Assembly (NCBI RefSeq): GCF_030684315.1
Contig: NC_081391.1
Location: 13,307,342 to 13,371,341, forward strand
DNA length: 64,000 nucleotides
Direction of reading: 5' to 3'
DNA from: Stegostoma tigrinum
Lineage: Eukaryota
Below the pieces are notes generated by a model that saw only the letters and a list, made by a program, of their open reading frames with translations, had not been told where the DNA came from and made no database searches. Numbering within the stretch: the stretch's first letter is position 1; each line of letters begins with the position of its first letter. Positions 37,928-51,032 of this stretch are shown in pieces. The position numbers were made by a program, and so were the translations under genes.

Positions 37928-40900
37928 ATGGCCTCCCAGATCAGTCAGAACTATCACCAGGATTGTGAAGCTGCTGTCAACAAGCAGATTAATGTGGAGC
38001 TCACTGCCTCCTATCTCTATCAGTCTTTGGTGAGTGGAGTCTCTGTTGGGTGAAACATACTTCTGTTCTGTTGAAGTGAACTCTTCCCCTTGGATGTAAT
38101 TAAGTTGTCTATCTTATAGACTGAGTTTTGTGGCTCCTACCTCTTTCTCAATGCAGGATGAGTGTGATGTTACTGTAACAATAGTTTGGTGTCTAATGTT
38201 ACTCTAACTTGGGTCCCAGTTGGTTGTCAGTGAGATGTGGAGGGTGGAGTGTTCTTGTAGTTACTTGCCTGTCCCATGATGGTGCTGTGACTGGTGGTAA
38301 TTATCGCTTCCTGTGACTGTTTGAAACTTGAGGGAACTAATTTAAAAATGAATTGGGACTCACCATTGTGGGAATGGAAGCACCATCAGCTAGTTACTGC
38401 TTTTCTTTTCCCTCTTGTATCCTTGTTTCTATTTGAATTTTGTGGGGATCTGAAGTAAACCTGCCAATTGATAATGAGAATCTTGGTTTCCTATTGCAAT
38501 CAGCTTAGAATAGGCTTGTTCTAGCCCTACAGTGATGGGCTGAGAGGTGGCAAATGGAGTTTAATGCAGACAAGTGAGGTGATGCTCTTTGGTAGGAGTA
38601 ACCGGAAGGCAAAGTACAGCGCTAATGGTAAGATTCTTGGTAGTGTAGTTGAGCAGAGAGATCTTGGTGTCCACGTACACAGATCCTTGAAAGTTGCCAC
38701 CCAGGTTGACAGGGCTGTTAAGGCAGTGTTTTGGCTTTTATTAACAGAGGGATTGAATTCTCTAACCAAGAGGTTATGGTGAAGCTGTACAAAACTCTGG
38801 TGTGGCAGCACTTGGAGTATTGTGTACAGTTCTCGTTGCTGCATTATAAGGATGTGGAAGCTTTGGAAAGGGTGCAGAGGAGATCTACTAGGATGTTGCC
38901 TGGTATGGAGGGAAGGCCTTATGAGGAAAGGCTGAGGTACTTGAGGCTGTTTTCATTGGAGAGAAGAAGGTTGAGAGGTGACTTAATTGAAAGATATAAA
39001 ATAATCAGAGGGGTAGATAGGGAGAGCCTTTTCTGTGGATGGTGACGGCGAGCATGAGGGGGCATAGCTTTAAATTGAGGGGTGATAGATATAGGACAGA
39101 TGTCAGAGTTAGTTTCTTTACTTGGTGGCAAGGGAATGGAATGCTTTGCCTGCGACAGTAGTAGATTTGCCAATTTTAGGTACACTTAAGTCGTCATTTG
39201 ACTTTAGCATATGGACTTACATGGAATAGTGTAGGTTAGATGGGCTTGATCGGTATGACCAGTTGGTGCAACATGAAGGGCCTGTACTGTGCTGTTATGT
39301 TTGAAGTTCAGATCAAACTGGGTGAGGTTGTGACTGGTATCTGATTAAGCAGATCTACTTTGCTTTTTTTCACACTGATGGGGTGGGTGTGGGCTGTCTG
39401 TATGTCAAGTGTTGGAGCTTTTCAAAGGCACAGCACTGCCATGGGGCTGAGAATGTGCTGAGGGTACTGACCCAGTGACTATGGAAAGAAGCTTATCCCT
39501 GTTGTGTTTGGCCTGACTCTAAACTAACTGGCCCCTTTTTCCCCAGGTGGTGGAGTGCCTGTGCCCTTCCAAGGGGTAGAATGTGTTTAGAAGGTGTTAG
39601 AAGTAACCTAAGTGAGTGTTGCAGGGTGCTGTCTGGGCTCGTGCCTGTCAGCAGGAAGTCCTGTCATGATGAGGATCAAGTCCCTGTCAGCCCCACTTTG
39701 GGAGGTGGGAACGGCTTTCATTGAGCCAGCAGTTGGGTTTCAATCGCTGACCCATTGTCCTAACACACCTTGTAAGCATGTGCCAGGAATGAAATCCCTA
39801 CCATTCTACATCTTCCAAGTGCCCATTTAAATGACAATGATAAATTGTGCTTGGGTGTTTGCATTTGAGAATTAAAGCAACTTTTTTCAGCAGGATTCGT
39901 AAGAATGTGATTCTAAATGGCTGCTTCCAATAGCAGACCTGCTAAACCTGAATATGTTGAATTGTGAACATCCTAGTTTAGAAATCTACAGGACTTTGCC
40001 TGTTGGATTAAGTCAACAGTGGTTTTTCCAGGTTATTGTTTTAATGAGTGATCTCCCCTGGAGAGTAGTTGATCTGCAGGTCACTGTCATATTTGTGATG
40101 TGATCAGTTTGTTTCTTTCATGGGTAATGGTACAAGTTCCCAACAGTCTGAGTCAGTACAGCTGTTTTAGATGCAACAATCCAAAGGCTGTCCCTTGGCA
40201 GGCTTTCCTTTGGACTTTTCTGGCCTTTGTCAAAGGAGCAATACAGTGCCCTGCAGCTGTTCTATTGGTGTACATCCTGCACTCCAGCTCCTGGCATTTC
40301 TTGAAACCCTATTCAATCACTAATTTATCCCGTTTCTGGTGGAGGTTAATCAGTAAAAACATCAATTCACATTTGTTCTCACCAAATGCTGTGCTAGACC
40401 CCCTTGAGCAATTTACCAGGAGTTTCAAACCAAAATAAAACACATGGTATTTACAGCTTATCTAGAGGAAGCTGGGATTGTTTTGGTTTTTTCCGATTCA
40501 ACAGCAACTGTTCAAAACTGGGTTCTGAATTGTTAATGCATCAGGTACTGAACAGCTTACTGTCAGTTTGACTTTTTAGAATGCTCAAGTAGCCCTATAG
40601 TTCTGAACTGAAATTGGACCATGACTTGTTAATGGGCTTTCCCTTGTTCTCCCTTCAAGATGTCCTACTTTGACCGGGACGATGTTGCCCTTCCCCATTT
40701 TTCCCGGTTCTTCAAACATCTCTCCCAGGAGAAGCAGGAACATGCAGAGAAGCTGCTGAAATTCCAGAATCAGCGTGGAGGCGGAGTCCTCCTGCAGGAT
40801 GTGAAGGTTGGAGTTGGTTGGGCTGGGGGATGGGATGGTCATGGCTGCTCTTGTGGTGTGGTTTCAAGTCAGTGACAAGGTTTTCATTTGAGTCAAAACT

Positions 40901-42924
40901 TTGTTCAGCCTGTTTGATCTCCTTTTTGAAGCCAGTGTAGAAAGAAGCCCTTTGGCCCACCATGTCTATACTGACCCCACAAACACTAAACCACATTAAT
41001 CCCATTTACCTGCCCTTGGTCCACAGGCCACTGTCCTGGCACTAAGTACATGTCCAGCAAGGCCTTAAACTGATCTGGAGTAGCTGGCTGTCTCCACCAC
41101 CATCCAAACCTTTATGTGGTTCGTCTCATATTTCTAACCCCCCCTCAGAGTGGGTGAGGAGGGTGAAGAGAGTTTCCTCCAATCCCCTCTAACCTGCTTA
41201 CTCCACAAACCTGTATTCTCTCTGGTCTTGCTGTCTGCCATGGGGAAGACATTCCATCAACTCGCCACTCTCTCCAATAATTACATCAGGTCACTCCCTC
41301 AGCCTTTCCTGCTCCACAGAAAATCCCAGCCTTTCTAACTTCCAATCAATGGCTCTTGGGCAACCTCACCAGCATCCCCCTGCAGTGCCATCCTGTCCTT
41401 GTGACTGTTGAGGCCCAAGAGGGAATAATGTGGTGACCAGAAAAACAAACTGTGAAGACTGGTCCCCTTCCTGTTCCACCCCACCAAACTAATAGAGGTT
41501 GCTTGCCCTCTGTCACTGTTACACCCTGTTGACCTTGTCTGAACTTTGAGGGATCTATGGTTGTGGGCCTTTCTTAACTGTTAGCAGCACAACACACTTT
41601 GCAAACACCTCGCTGTCCCTTTGATGAATTAAATAGCTGTGATGTTTGTGATCATCCTGCTCAGGCATGTATGAAGCCACCAGCACAAGTGGTACTTGAA
41701 CCTTGGCCTTGTCAGCCAGAGACAGGGGCACTAACACTGTACCATGACAGCATTTAGTATTCACTCGTGAATATCCTCGCAATTCCATCAGATGGACCCT
41801 GATGCAAATCTTGTCATTATCCCCCACAATGACCTGTTATTCAACTTCCTCCTTCAGATCAAGGACCGACAGGCAAGGTGAAAGCAATTCTGAAGGAACT
41901 GTTCTTCAGCTGTGCTCCAGGGCTGCCTCAGGGGCGAGCAGTGTTCTCAGTGCTAGGGACACAGGTCTGGATCTGGCCTCTGGTGAGGGGCTGGTGTTTA
42001 CATGTCCTCCCCATGTCTGCGTTGGTGTCCTCATAGTATAAGAGGATTGGCCATCTGAAACGCAGGGTTACAGGAATAGGGTGGGAGAAGGACGGTTTGG
42101 GTTCCTCTTCAGAGCAGTTACAGACTGATACACATTGTAGAGATTCTGAAGCTTAACTGTCCTTCTTTCCCTCCTCCAGAAGCCAGAGAGGGATGAGTGG
42201 GGTAGCAGCCTGCAGGCAATGCAGGTTGCCCTGGATCTGGAGAAGAATGTGAACCAGAGTTTGCTGGATCTACACCAAGTCGCCACTGCCCAGACTGACC
42301 CTCATGTAAGCTTCACCTCCTCATTGACTTCACTGCTAGGCCCTCAGGGCAACACGTTCATTGGTTGGTCTTTTGTGGATTCGAAATTCAGTTAGACTTT
42401 GTTTTTGTGCAGATGACATGGATCACTTCAGATCCATAGTGATTACAAAATCATTGCTGAGCAGTTGAGTCCAAGTGTGTATTTTAACTTGTAAACCTGT
42501 GGGGAGGACTGAGGGGATATTGGTCACTGAATTCTCATTCAGGGCCACTGCAGTGGAATGACTTTTATCCATCACAAGTCAACTCTGCTCCAGTAAATAA
42601 ACAGCAAGATGAAGCTGCTAAAAAGCAGTTGTCCTCATTGCACAATTTCTCCAGGCATTGGCTCTAGTCATCCCTGACAATCTCCCTCATATGCACGTTT
42701 TTCAGTGGGGATTCTGAAGTTGTCTTGGATAGTGTTGATGTACCAAGTGTCATGTTCCTCTGTTGCAGCTGTGTGACTTCCTGGAGACTCACTATTTGGA
42801 TGAGGAGGTGGAGATCATCAAGCAACTCGGGGACTACATCACCAACCTGAAGCGCCTGGGAGCCCCTGAGAATGGGATGGGAGAGTACCTGTTTGACAGG
42901 CTCTCCCTGGGGGACAGCAGTTAG
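37928..42924 (+). CDS. Ferritin copy 5 (lineage B), intact 176 aa; exons 37928-38029, 40660-40806, 42180-42305, 42769-42924
   Basis: In-frame exons, GT-AG (exon 2 acceptor AAG instead of CAG); private KHLS, GGGV, WGSS, SLGDSS; AATAAA 43052-43057. Confidence 0.88.
38528..39308 (+). mobile_element. 5'-truncated CR1 LINE in intron 1 of copy 5 (paralog of 11790-12588)
   Basis: ORFs 38564-38782 and 38731-39045 with [25 protein letters not shown]; same intronic position as in copy 2. Confidence 0.85.
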
Positions 42925-44959
42925 TGTGGCCTGGAGTACTGTCTGCCTGGTCTGAATGCATTCCCCACTTCACCCTGGCCAATCTGTCTCCTTCCAGGGA
43001 GAAAGGACTTGAAGCAAAGAATGTAATGGCTGTACCAGCTGAATGGAAATGAATAAAATGATCTCTTGATCTCAGTTACTGTGCATCATTTTGAGCCCAT
43101 TGATACCTCTCTTTGGTCAAGCAAGCTTTCTTGCCTTAGTTCACCACTGCTTTTCCCCAACCCCCGTGGACAGACTCCAGGCCTATGGGAGCCAGTTCGA
43201 GTTCAAATGGGGCCTGTGACCTACCCTTTGTACAGCCATCAACTGGTGGCCCTGCTGACCAGTTCACTTTGTCACTGAAGTCTGCTGCTCCTCCCAGGGG
43301 CCCTTGGGTTTTTCTAAACTATCTTGGTTCAACTGCATCGATTTGTCTTTCCCCAGAAGGAATCCAAAATTCCTTCAAGTGGCTTCCTCAGTTTTTTGCT
43401 TTCTTTCCTTCGCCCCGGGCTCAGTCCCTCCCCATAACTGGAAGTCCACCAGCCTTGAGCTGGGGAAATTCAGCCCAAACATTCTGAACAGTCACATTCC
43501 AGAGAATCATCTCCAGTTTCTCTGGGGCTACTTGATTGACAGTGGATGCTCTTGATACCATAAATACAACGATTGGTGACCTGGGGCTTGGATGATAGCC
43601 CACGGTTCAAAATACTCACATTTGGTTTAAGCTTGCAGCTACAACTGGCCCTTGACTGTTGAAGGGTTTGTACAAAAAGCTGCTGCCTTGGTTCTTGGAA
43701 CCTTTCCATGGGCTGATGAAATTTTTTTTGACCCAGTGAGGGAGCAGGGATTTCTGGCGAAGGTGGGGACTGTCTCCTTCAGTCAAGATGCCTGGACATG
43801 CTGATTTTCCTGTACAGCTGTTTCCTTGATCATTCAAGGTGTCCTATCATGGGTTAGGGAGGGGGTGACCAGAGACAGCCCAGAGATTGTCGTGAGTTTT
43901 CGCGCAAGTGCACACTGTAGCCTTTAGGGAGAGTGTGGGTCATTAAGGTGCTGAATATATTTGTTTTGTTTGCCCCATATCCCTCAACCATGCCTTTCCC
44001 TGGAAATCACCAAATGTCTTTTAACAACTGTAATTGCACCCACTTCTCCTGCTTCGTATAACAGCTCATTCTTTACATAAACCATTTTCTGTGGGAAAAG
44101 CTCTTCCACCCCCCCCCCCCCCAACCCCACATGCCTGTGTGTGAAAACATTACCCCTACCACCTCTAGTTTTGGACTCCTCTACCATGTCCCAGCATGCT
44201 TTTTATATACAGTCGATCTTGAGTGTGCCAATGGCAAGGCCACATTTAGTGCTCAGCAAGTGTTACACTTCAGGAGGTGGTGATGAGCTGCTTATTACAG
44301 TCCACCTGGTGTAGGAGAGACCGGAATGATGCTGCTGCTGAGGAGGGGCTTCTGGGATTTTCATTCACAAACAGGAATATTTTCCCAAGTCGGGATGGTG
44401 ACAGACTTACATGGAGCTCCATTGCGTGTTGTTGGTGCTGCCTCCAGCCAGAACATTGAAAACTGTTCCAGCATTACTCACTCCTAACTTCAGTCTTATT
44501 GATGGTGGACCGGCTTTGGAAAGTTACAAGTTGTGTAATCACAACAGAATTCCCTGCCTCTGACTTCCCAATTTTTGAGTTGTTCACTCTACAGAATGCA
44601 ATGAAAACTGTAACAGATACTGTCACCTTGGAAACATGCTGGCGTTAAGCGCTGATTCAACTTCAACAATGTAAAACCAAACATGGAGACAGAAATGTTC
44701 AACGTGCGATACGTTTCTAGCAGCAGCTGAGACTTAGAACCCTGAGGCCTACTGTGTATAAGAGGCACTCAGCACATTTAGCATCTTGCTTTTCAAACTG
44801 GGCTTCATGCGACCCTAAGTCACGCTGATCACAGCAGATTCAGAATGGATCTACAAAGGACATCGGTTGCCTGTATCAGACGATCCAAAAGCACGTTATT
44901 CTGTTGCTGCACAGAAATAGGAAAATGTTCATATCAACCAAATCAGGGCATTTTACAAA

Positions 44960-46420
44960 GATGAGGATAGCAAAGGTCATTCCCCTGTTCAGAGGATAGC
45001 AAATGTGGTTCCCCTGTGCAAGAAGGGGAGTAGAGACAACCTGGTAATTGTAGACCAGTCAGCCTTACCTCAGTTGTTGGTAAAGTGTTGAAAAAGGTTA
45101 TAAGGGATAGGATTTATAATTATCTAGAAAAGAATAAATTGGTTAGGGATAGTCAGCACGGTTTTGTGAAGGGAAGGTCGTGCCTCACAAACCTTATTGA
45201 GTTCTTTCAGAAGGTGAGCAAACAGGTATTTGAGAGTAAACCGGTTGATGTGGTGCATATGGATTTCAGCAAGTCGTTCGATAAGGTTCGCCACAGTAGG
45301 CTATTGTACAAAATGCGGAGGAATGGAATTGTGGGAGATATAGCAGTTTGGATTGGAAATTGGCTTGCTGAAAAAAGACAGAGGGTGGTAGTTGATGGAA
45401 AATGTTCATCCTGGAGACCAGTTACTAGTGGTGTACTGCAAGGGTCGGTGTTGGGTCCACTGCTGTTTGTCATTTTTATAAATGACCTGGATGAGTTTGT
45501 AGAAGGATGGGTTAGTAAATTTGCAGACGACACTAAGGTCAGTGGAGTTGTGGACAGTGACGAAGGATGCTGTAGGTCGCAGAGAGACATCGATAAGCTG
45601 CAGAGCTGGGCTGAGAAGTGGCAAATGGAGTTTAATGCAGACAGGTGTGAGGTGATGCACTTTTGTAGGAGTAACTGGAAGGCAAAGTACAGGGCTAATG
45701 GTAAGATTCTTGGTGGTGTGGATGAGCAGAGAGATCTCGGTGTCCATGTACACAGATCCTTGAAAGTTGCCACCCAGGTTGACAGGGTGGTTTAGAAGGC
45801 ATACAACGTTTTGGCTTTTATTCATCGAGGGATTGAGTTCCAGAACCAAGAGGTTATGGCGAAGCTGTACAAAACTCTGGTTAGGCCGCACTTGGAGTAT
45901 TGTGTACAGTTCTGGTCACCCCATTATAAGAAGGATGTAGAAGCTTTGGAAAGGGTGCAGAGGAGATTTACTAGGATGTTGCCTGGTATGGAGGGAAGGT
46001 CTTACGAGGAAATGCTGAGGGACTTGAGGCTGTTTTCATTCGAGAGAAGAAGGCTGAGAGGTGACTTAATTGAAACATATGAAATAATTAGAGGGTTGGA
46101 TAAGGAGAGCCTTTTTCCTAGGATGGTGACAGCGAGCACGAGGGGGCATTGCTTTAAATTGAGGTGTGAACGATATAGGACAGATTTCAGAGGTAGTTTC
46201 TCTACTCAGAGTAGTGAGGGAATGGAACGCTTTGCCTGCAACGGTAGTAGATTCGCCAACTTGAGGTACATTTCAGTCGTCATTGGACGAGCATATGGAC
46301 GTACATGGAATAGTGTAGGTTAGATGGGCTCCATATCGGTATGACTGGTCGGCACAACATCGAGGGCCGAAGGGCCTGTACTGTGCTGTAATGTTCTATG
46401 TTTTATGTTCTATATTCTAT
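44960..46420 (+). mobile_element. 5'-truncated CR1 LINE upstream of copy 6 (duplicate of 18908-20366)
   Basis: ORFs 45085-45795 and 45811-46323 nearly identical to those of the first copy, with the same internal TAG and the same insertion site. Confidence 0.93.
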
Positions 46421-46604
46421 GGCTCCAACACCAACGTTCAAAAGTTATGACGACTATTCCCTCAGATTAACAATCCGACAGAATTCCGCAAATCTGTGAT
46501 GACTGAGTCTTAATGCACAACCTCAGATACACAAGTGAAGGTTTAGAGTATATTTTATTGTCATTTTGTGGCAAATACATTTACAGAATGTGCACTTGTA
46601 GAGG

Positions 46605-46792
46605 AGGTCAAAGCTCATTCAGCAATTCCATCATCGACCAGTTGTCAACTGTGATTCGTTTCTGGATCCAGTTCCCATCCTGCACTGATTGGATGTGGCA
46701 GCTGATCAACTGATCATCAAGAGTGATTGGCCATCACTGATGATGTCATTTCCTGCTTCATAAAAAGAGGGTCAGCCCCTGGGGTATAAATA
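46605..46792 (+). promoter_or_regulatory. Core promoter of copy 6 (DR1 with 1 mismatch, CCAAT, TATA)
   Basis: AGGTCAAAGCTCA 46605-46617; TATAAATA 46785-46792. Confidence 0.65.
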
Positions 46793-46877
46793 GAGTCCCA
46801 CGGGAATGATGTTGATTGTTCTTCCTAATTTTGTTATTTTGGTGGTGAGGAAAATAAAAGAAATTTATTGTCACAAG

Positions 46878-49800
46878 ATGGCCTCCCAGATCAGTCAGAA
46901 CTATCACCAGGATTGTGAAGCTGCTGTCAACAAGCAGATTAATGTGGAGCTCACTGCCTCCTATCTCTATCAGTCTTTGGTGAGTGCTGTCTCTCGGGGT
47001 TAAACATATAAATCTGTTCTGTTGAAGTAAATTCTTTGCCTGGCCTCTAGTGAAGCTGACAATCTAGTAGATTGAGGTTTTGTGGCTCCTACCTAAATAT
47101 CAGTTCAGGATAGAGGTGGTGTTACTATCACGATGGTGTAGGATACTGATGTATGTTAACTCAGGTCCCAGTTGGCCTTCAGTGGTATCTGGAGGGTAAA
47201 AGCCTCTTGCTTTTTTTTTTCTTTCTGACACAAGTTTCCTGACTTCATTTGCCTGATCTCTGTGGTGGTCCTAAACAAACATGCTGATTTTTTTTAACAC
47301 TGACTATAACAATAACTTCCCTGTTGCAGTGGCCCTTGTTAGTCTGAACAAACCTGAGGCTAGTCTGTGACTGGTATCTATTTTATGTGGATCTCCTTCA
47401 TTGAGGCTGACTTGGCTTTACTTGCATTTATTCAAGAGGTGGGTGTGGCCTATCCCGTTCCTACTGAGAGTAGATCTGCCGTGTGTGAGAAATGTTGGAT
47501 CCCCTCTCTGCCCCACCCCACCCCACACTGGGGCTGCGGGAATGTGGTGAGGCTATTAGCCCAGTGACATTGAAGAAATGGAGGTTGTTCCCATATCATT
47601 TAGCTTGACCTAAAACAAAATGTCCCCTCTATCCTGGTGGTGATGTGACTGTGCCCTTCCAAGGAGTAGAATGTGCTTGGAAGGTATGTGTTGAAGTAAC
47701 CTTGGTGAGTGCTGCAGGGGACCTGGTAGGTAATGGACCCTGAAAGGAGGTGGTGAATGCAGTCCCCATGAAGTGGGCTGCCCTGTCCTGGATGGTGTCT
47801 GCTTCTTGCATGTTGTAGCTCCCCTTCTACAGACACATGGGGAATATTTATCTCCCTCTGGGCTTGTGCCTATTGGAAGGAAGTTGTCTTGTAATGAGGA
47901 CTAAGTCCCTATAAGCCTCACTTGGGAGGTGGGACCGCTTTATTGGTGAGCCAGTTGTTGGGGTTTAATCACTGTGTCCCACCTCAACTGGCACATGCTT
48001 CCCAAGGATAAAATCCCGACTATCTTCTGCCACAACTTGTAACTACCCACTGAAACCACAGATATTTGCTTGCCTGAGTGTGGTTTTTGGATTTGAGGAT
48101 TCAAGTAACTTTTCAGGAGTCCTTCCCCAGAATATAACTCTTAGCTGATGCTTCCAATAGCGAGCATTAGCTCTTAAACCCTTACATCGAATTGTGAACG
48201 TGACAGTTTAGATATGAGTCACATGGGCTGAAAACCTACAGGATTTTTTGCCTGTTTGGGTAAAGTCAGGGCAAGTGTTTTTCCAGGTTACTGTTTTCAC
48301 TAGTGACGTTATCTACAGGCCACTAATAGTTGACATTTGATCATTTGTTTTGCAATTTGTTTCAGTCATGTGACTTGGTGCAAGCTTTTGACAGCCTGAG
48401 TTTGCACTATTTAGGCAGAGCAATAACCCACTGCTGCAACGATCCAAAGGCTGTTACTGGGCAGGCTTTCCTCGGCATTATCTTAGTGCCAAACTCCAAA
48501 CTGGAGACAGCACACCTTTGTAGAGTTCATGTGTACACTTACATCCCAATCTCGTTGATCCTGGGTTTGCAGAAAACATGCTCCCTACTAGTCGTTGACT
48601 ACAGCAGGGTTTCAACATCTTTTTTTCCAGTTTTCCCCAAAGGCAAAACATAGTACCTTGCGTCTTGTAGTTGAGAACTGGAATGGGGAGTGAGCCAGTG
48701 ATGTCTGATGTAATTTTAACTTGATCTTCCAGATGTCCTACTTTGACCGGGACGATGTTGCCCTCGCCCATTTCTCCCGGTTCTTCAAAGATCAGTCCCA
48801 GGAGAAGCGGGAACATGTAGAAAAGCTGCTGAAATTCCAGAATCAGCGTGGAGGCCGAGTCCTCCTCCAGGATGTGAAGGTTGGGGTTGGGTGGTGGGGG
48901 AGTGCAGGGGGGAATGGCTGCTCTTGCGGTGTCATCTCCAGTGACAAGATTTTCAGATCCTGAGCGAGTGTGAGAAGTTCTTTTGCTTGGCTTCCCTGTT
49001 TGCTCTCCTCCATCTCCAGTGTTTCAGCATTTATGCAAGCCCTCTGGTCCACCAGGCCTATGCTGACCCAGCAAAGACCGAACTGTACTCACCCTGTTCT
49101 TGGTCCAGGCCCTACTATACCCTAGTGTTTAGCACTCGCCCAGCTAGTCCTTTAAACAGTGCTGCAGTAGCCATTTCCAGCACTTTGTTCTTCCGATCCC
49201 CAACTCACCCACCAAATTTCCTCCAATCCCCTCTATCCTGCTTCCTCAAACCTGTGCCCTCTGGTCTTAGTGTCTGCCATGGGGAAGACATTTTCCCCAT
49301 CTACTGTCCAGACTTCCTTGTCTTCCATCAAACAACCACCTCAGCCTCACCTGCTCAAAGGAAACCCCCCAGCCCATCCAATCTCTCTCCTCAATGGATT
49401 TTCTGTCTTGGGGAAACAACCTGGGGACCCTCACCAGCACCCCCTGCAGTACCATCCTGTCCTTCTGACTAGTGAGGCCAACGATAGAATGCAGCAGAGG
49501 CCGGAAGAATAATTTTCATAAAATGTGTTCAAAGGACTTGTCCCTGTGCTGTTCCTCACAACCCTGCCCCAAACTAACACATGTTACTTGGCCTATGTCC
49601 CCTTTCACACACAGTTTGCCTTGTGTGAGCATTGAGGGATCGATGATCCTGTGTTTATTGTAAGCACTTTACTGCCCCCCACAATGAATTCAAGTAATGA
49701 TGGTTCTGACCATGCTGCTCGGGCATGTATGAGGCCACAAGCACAAGTGAGACTTGAACCTCAGCCTTGTCAACCGAAGCTTGGGACACGACCGCTACTT

Positions 49801-51032
49801 CCCCCACAGCCCTTGGGATTCACTCCTGAATATCCTTTTTAAGACTCCAGCAGATGGACACTAGTGCAAATGACTAATCTGGTACATATTTATTCCCTGT
49901 GGTACAAGGATATGTTCCTGAGCTTCCGGCTTCAGGTCAAGGATAAATGGGGCAAGGTGAAAGGAGTCACCAAGTAGCTAATGTTTTCTTTATCTGGACT
50001 TCAGGGATGGCACACTGGCTCAGTGGTTGGCACTGTTGACTCAGTGCCAGGGGCACCAGTTTGGTTCTGGCCTGTGACAAGAATTTAAACGTTATCCCAA
50101 AGCATGGCTTCCCCACACAGTAGAAAAGAGGATTGGCAACTTGAAATGCAGGTTACACGAACAGGGTGGGAATGGGACCAGATGGGATGCTCTTCAGCAG
50201 TTATGGTCTCAATGGGGTGAATGGCCAGCTCCCATGCTGCAGGGATTCTGTTTCTGAAGCTTACCTGTCCTTCTCTCCATCCCCAGAAGCCAGAGAGGGA
50301 TGACTGGGGTAACAGTCTGCAGGCAATGCAGGTTGCCCTGAATCTGGAGAAGAATGTGAACCAGAGTTTGCTGGATCTACACCAACTCGCCACAGCACAG
50401 ACTGACCCTCATGTAAGCTTCACCTCCTCATTCACATCACTGCTAGACCCTCAGGGTAACATTTCATCGGTTGGTCTGTGTGGATTGGAAATTCACTGAT
50501 GTAACACTTTCCATCCATTACTTTCCTGAACTATTGTAACATTGTAATCAGTATGATCCCAAGTGATCAATGAGGTATAAGGGGAATTTGATCTATAATC
50601 TAGTGGAAGTGCTGAAATGACGTTGGCCACTGAGTTCTTCATTAGTATCATTGCAGTGGAATGATCATTGTCCATCACAATCCAACTCAGCTCCATTTCA
50701 CAAACAGCAAGATGCAGCAGCTGACATGTTGTCCTCACTGGCACAAATTCTCCAGGTGTTAGCTCGCTTTTCAGGGCTGTCCAGAGCTAGTCATGGCTAA
50801 GTCTGTCTTGCAGAGGGAATTCTGAAATTGTCTTGGATAGTATAAATGTACCAAGTGTCATATTCCTCTGTTGCAGCTGTGTGACTTCCTGGAGACTCAC
50901 TATTTGGATGAGGAGGTGGAGATCATCAAGCAACTTGGGGACTACATCACCAACCTGAAGCGCCTGGGAGCCCCTGAGAATGGGATGGGAGAGTACCTGT
51001 TTGACAGGCTCTCCCTGGAGGACAGCAGTTAG
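46878..51032 (+). CDS. Ferritin copy 6 (lineage C), intact 176 aa; exons 46878-46979, 48733-48879, 50287-50412, 50877-51032
   Basis: In-frame exons with GT-AG junctions; private EHVEK, RDDWG, ALNLE. Confidence 0.92.
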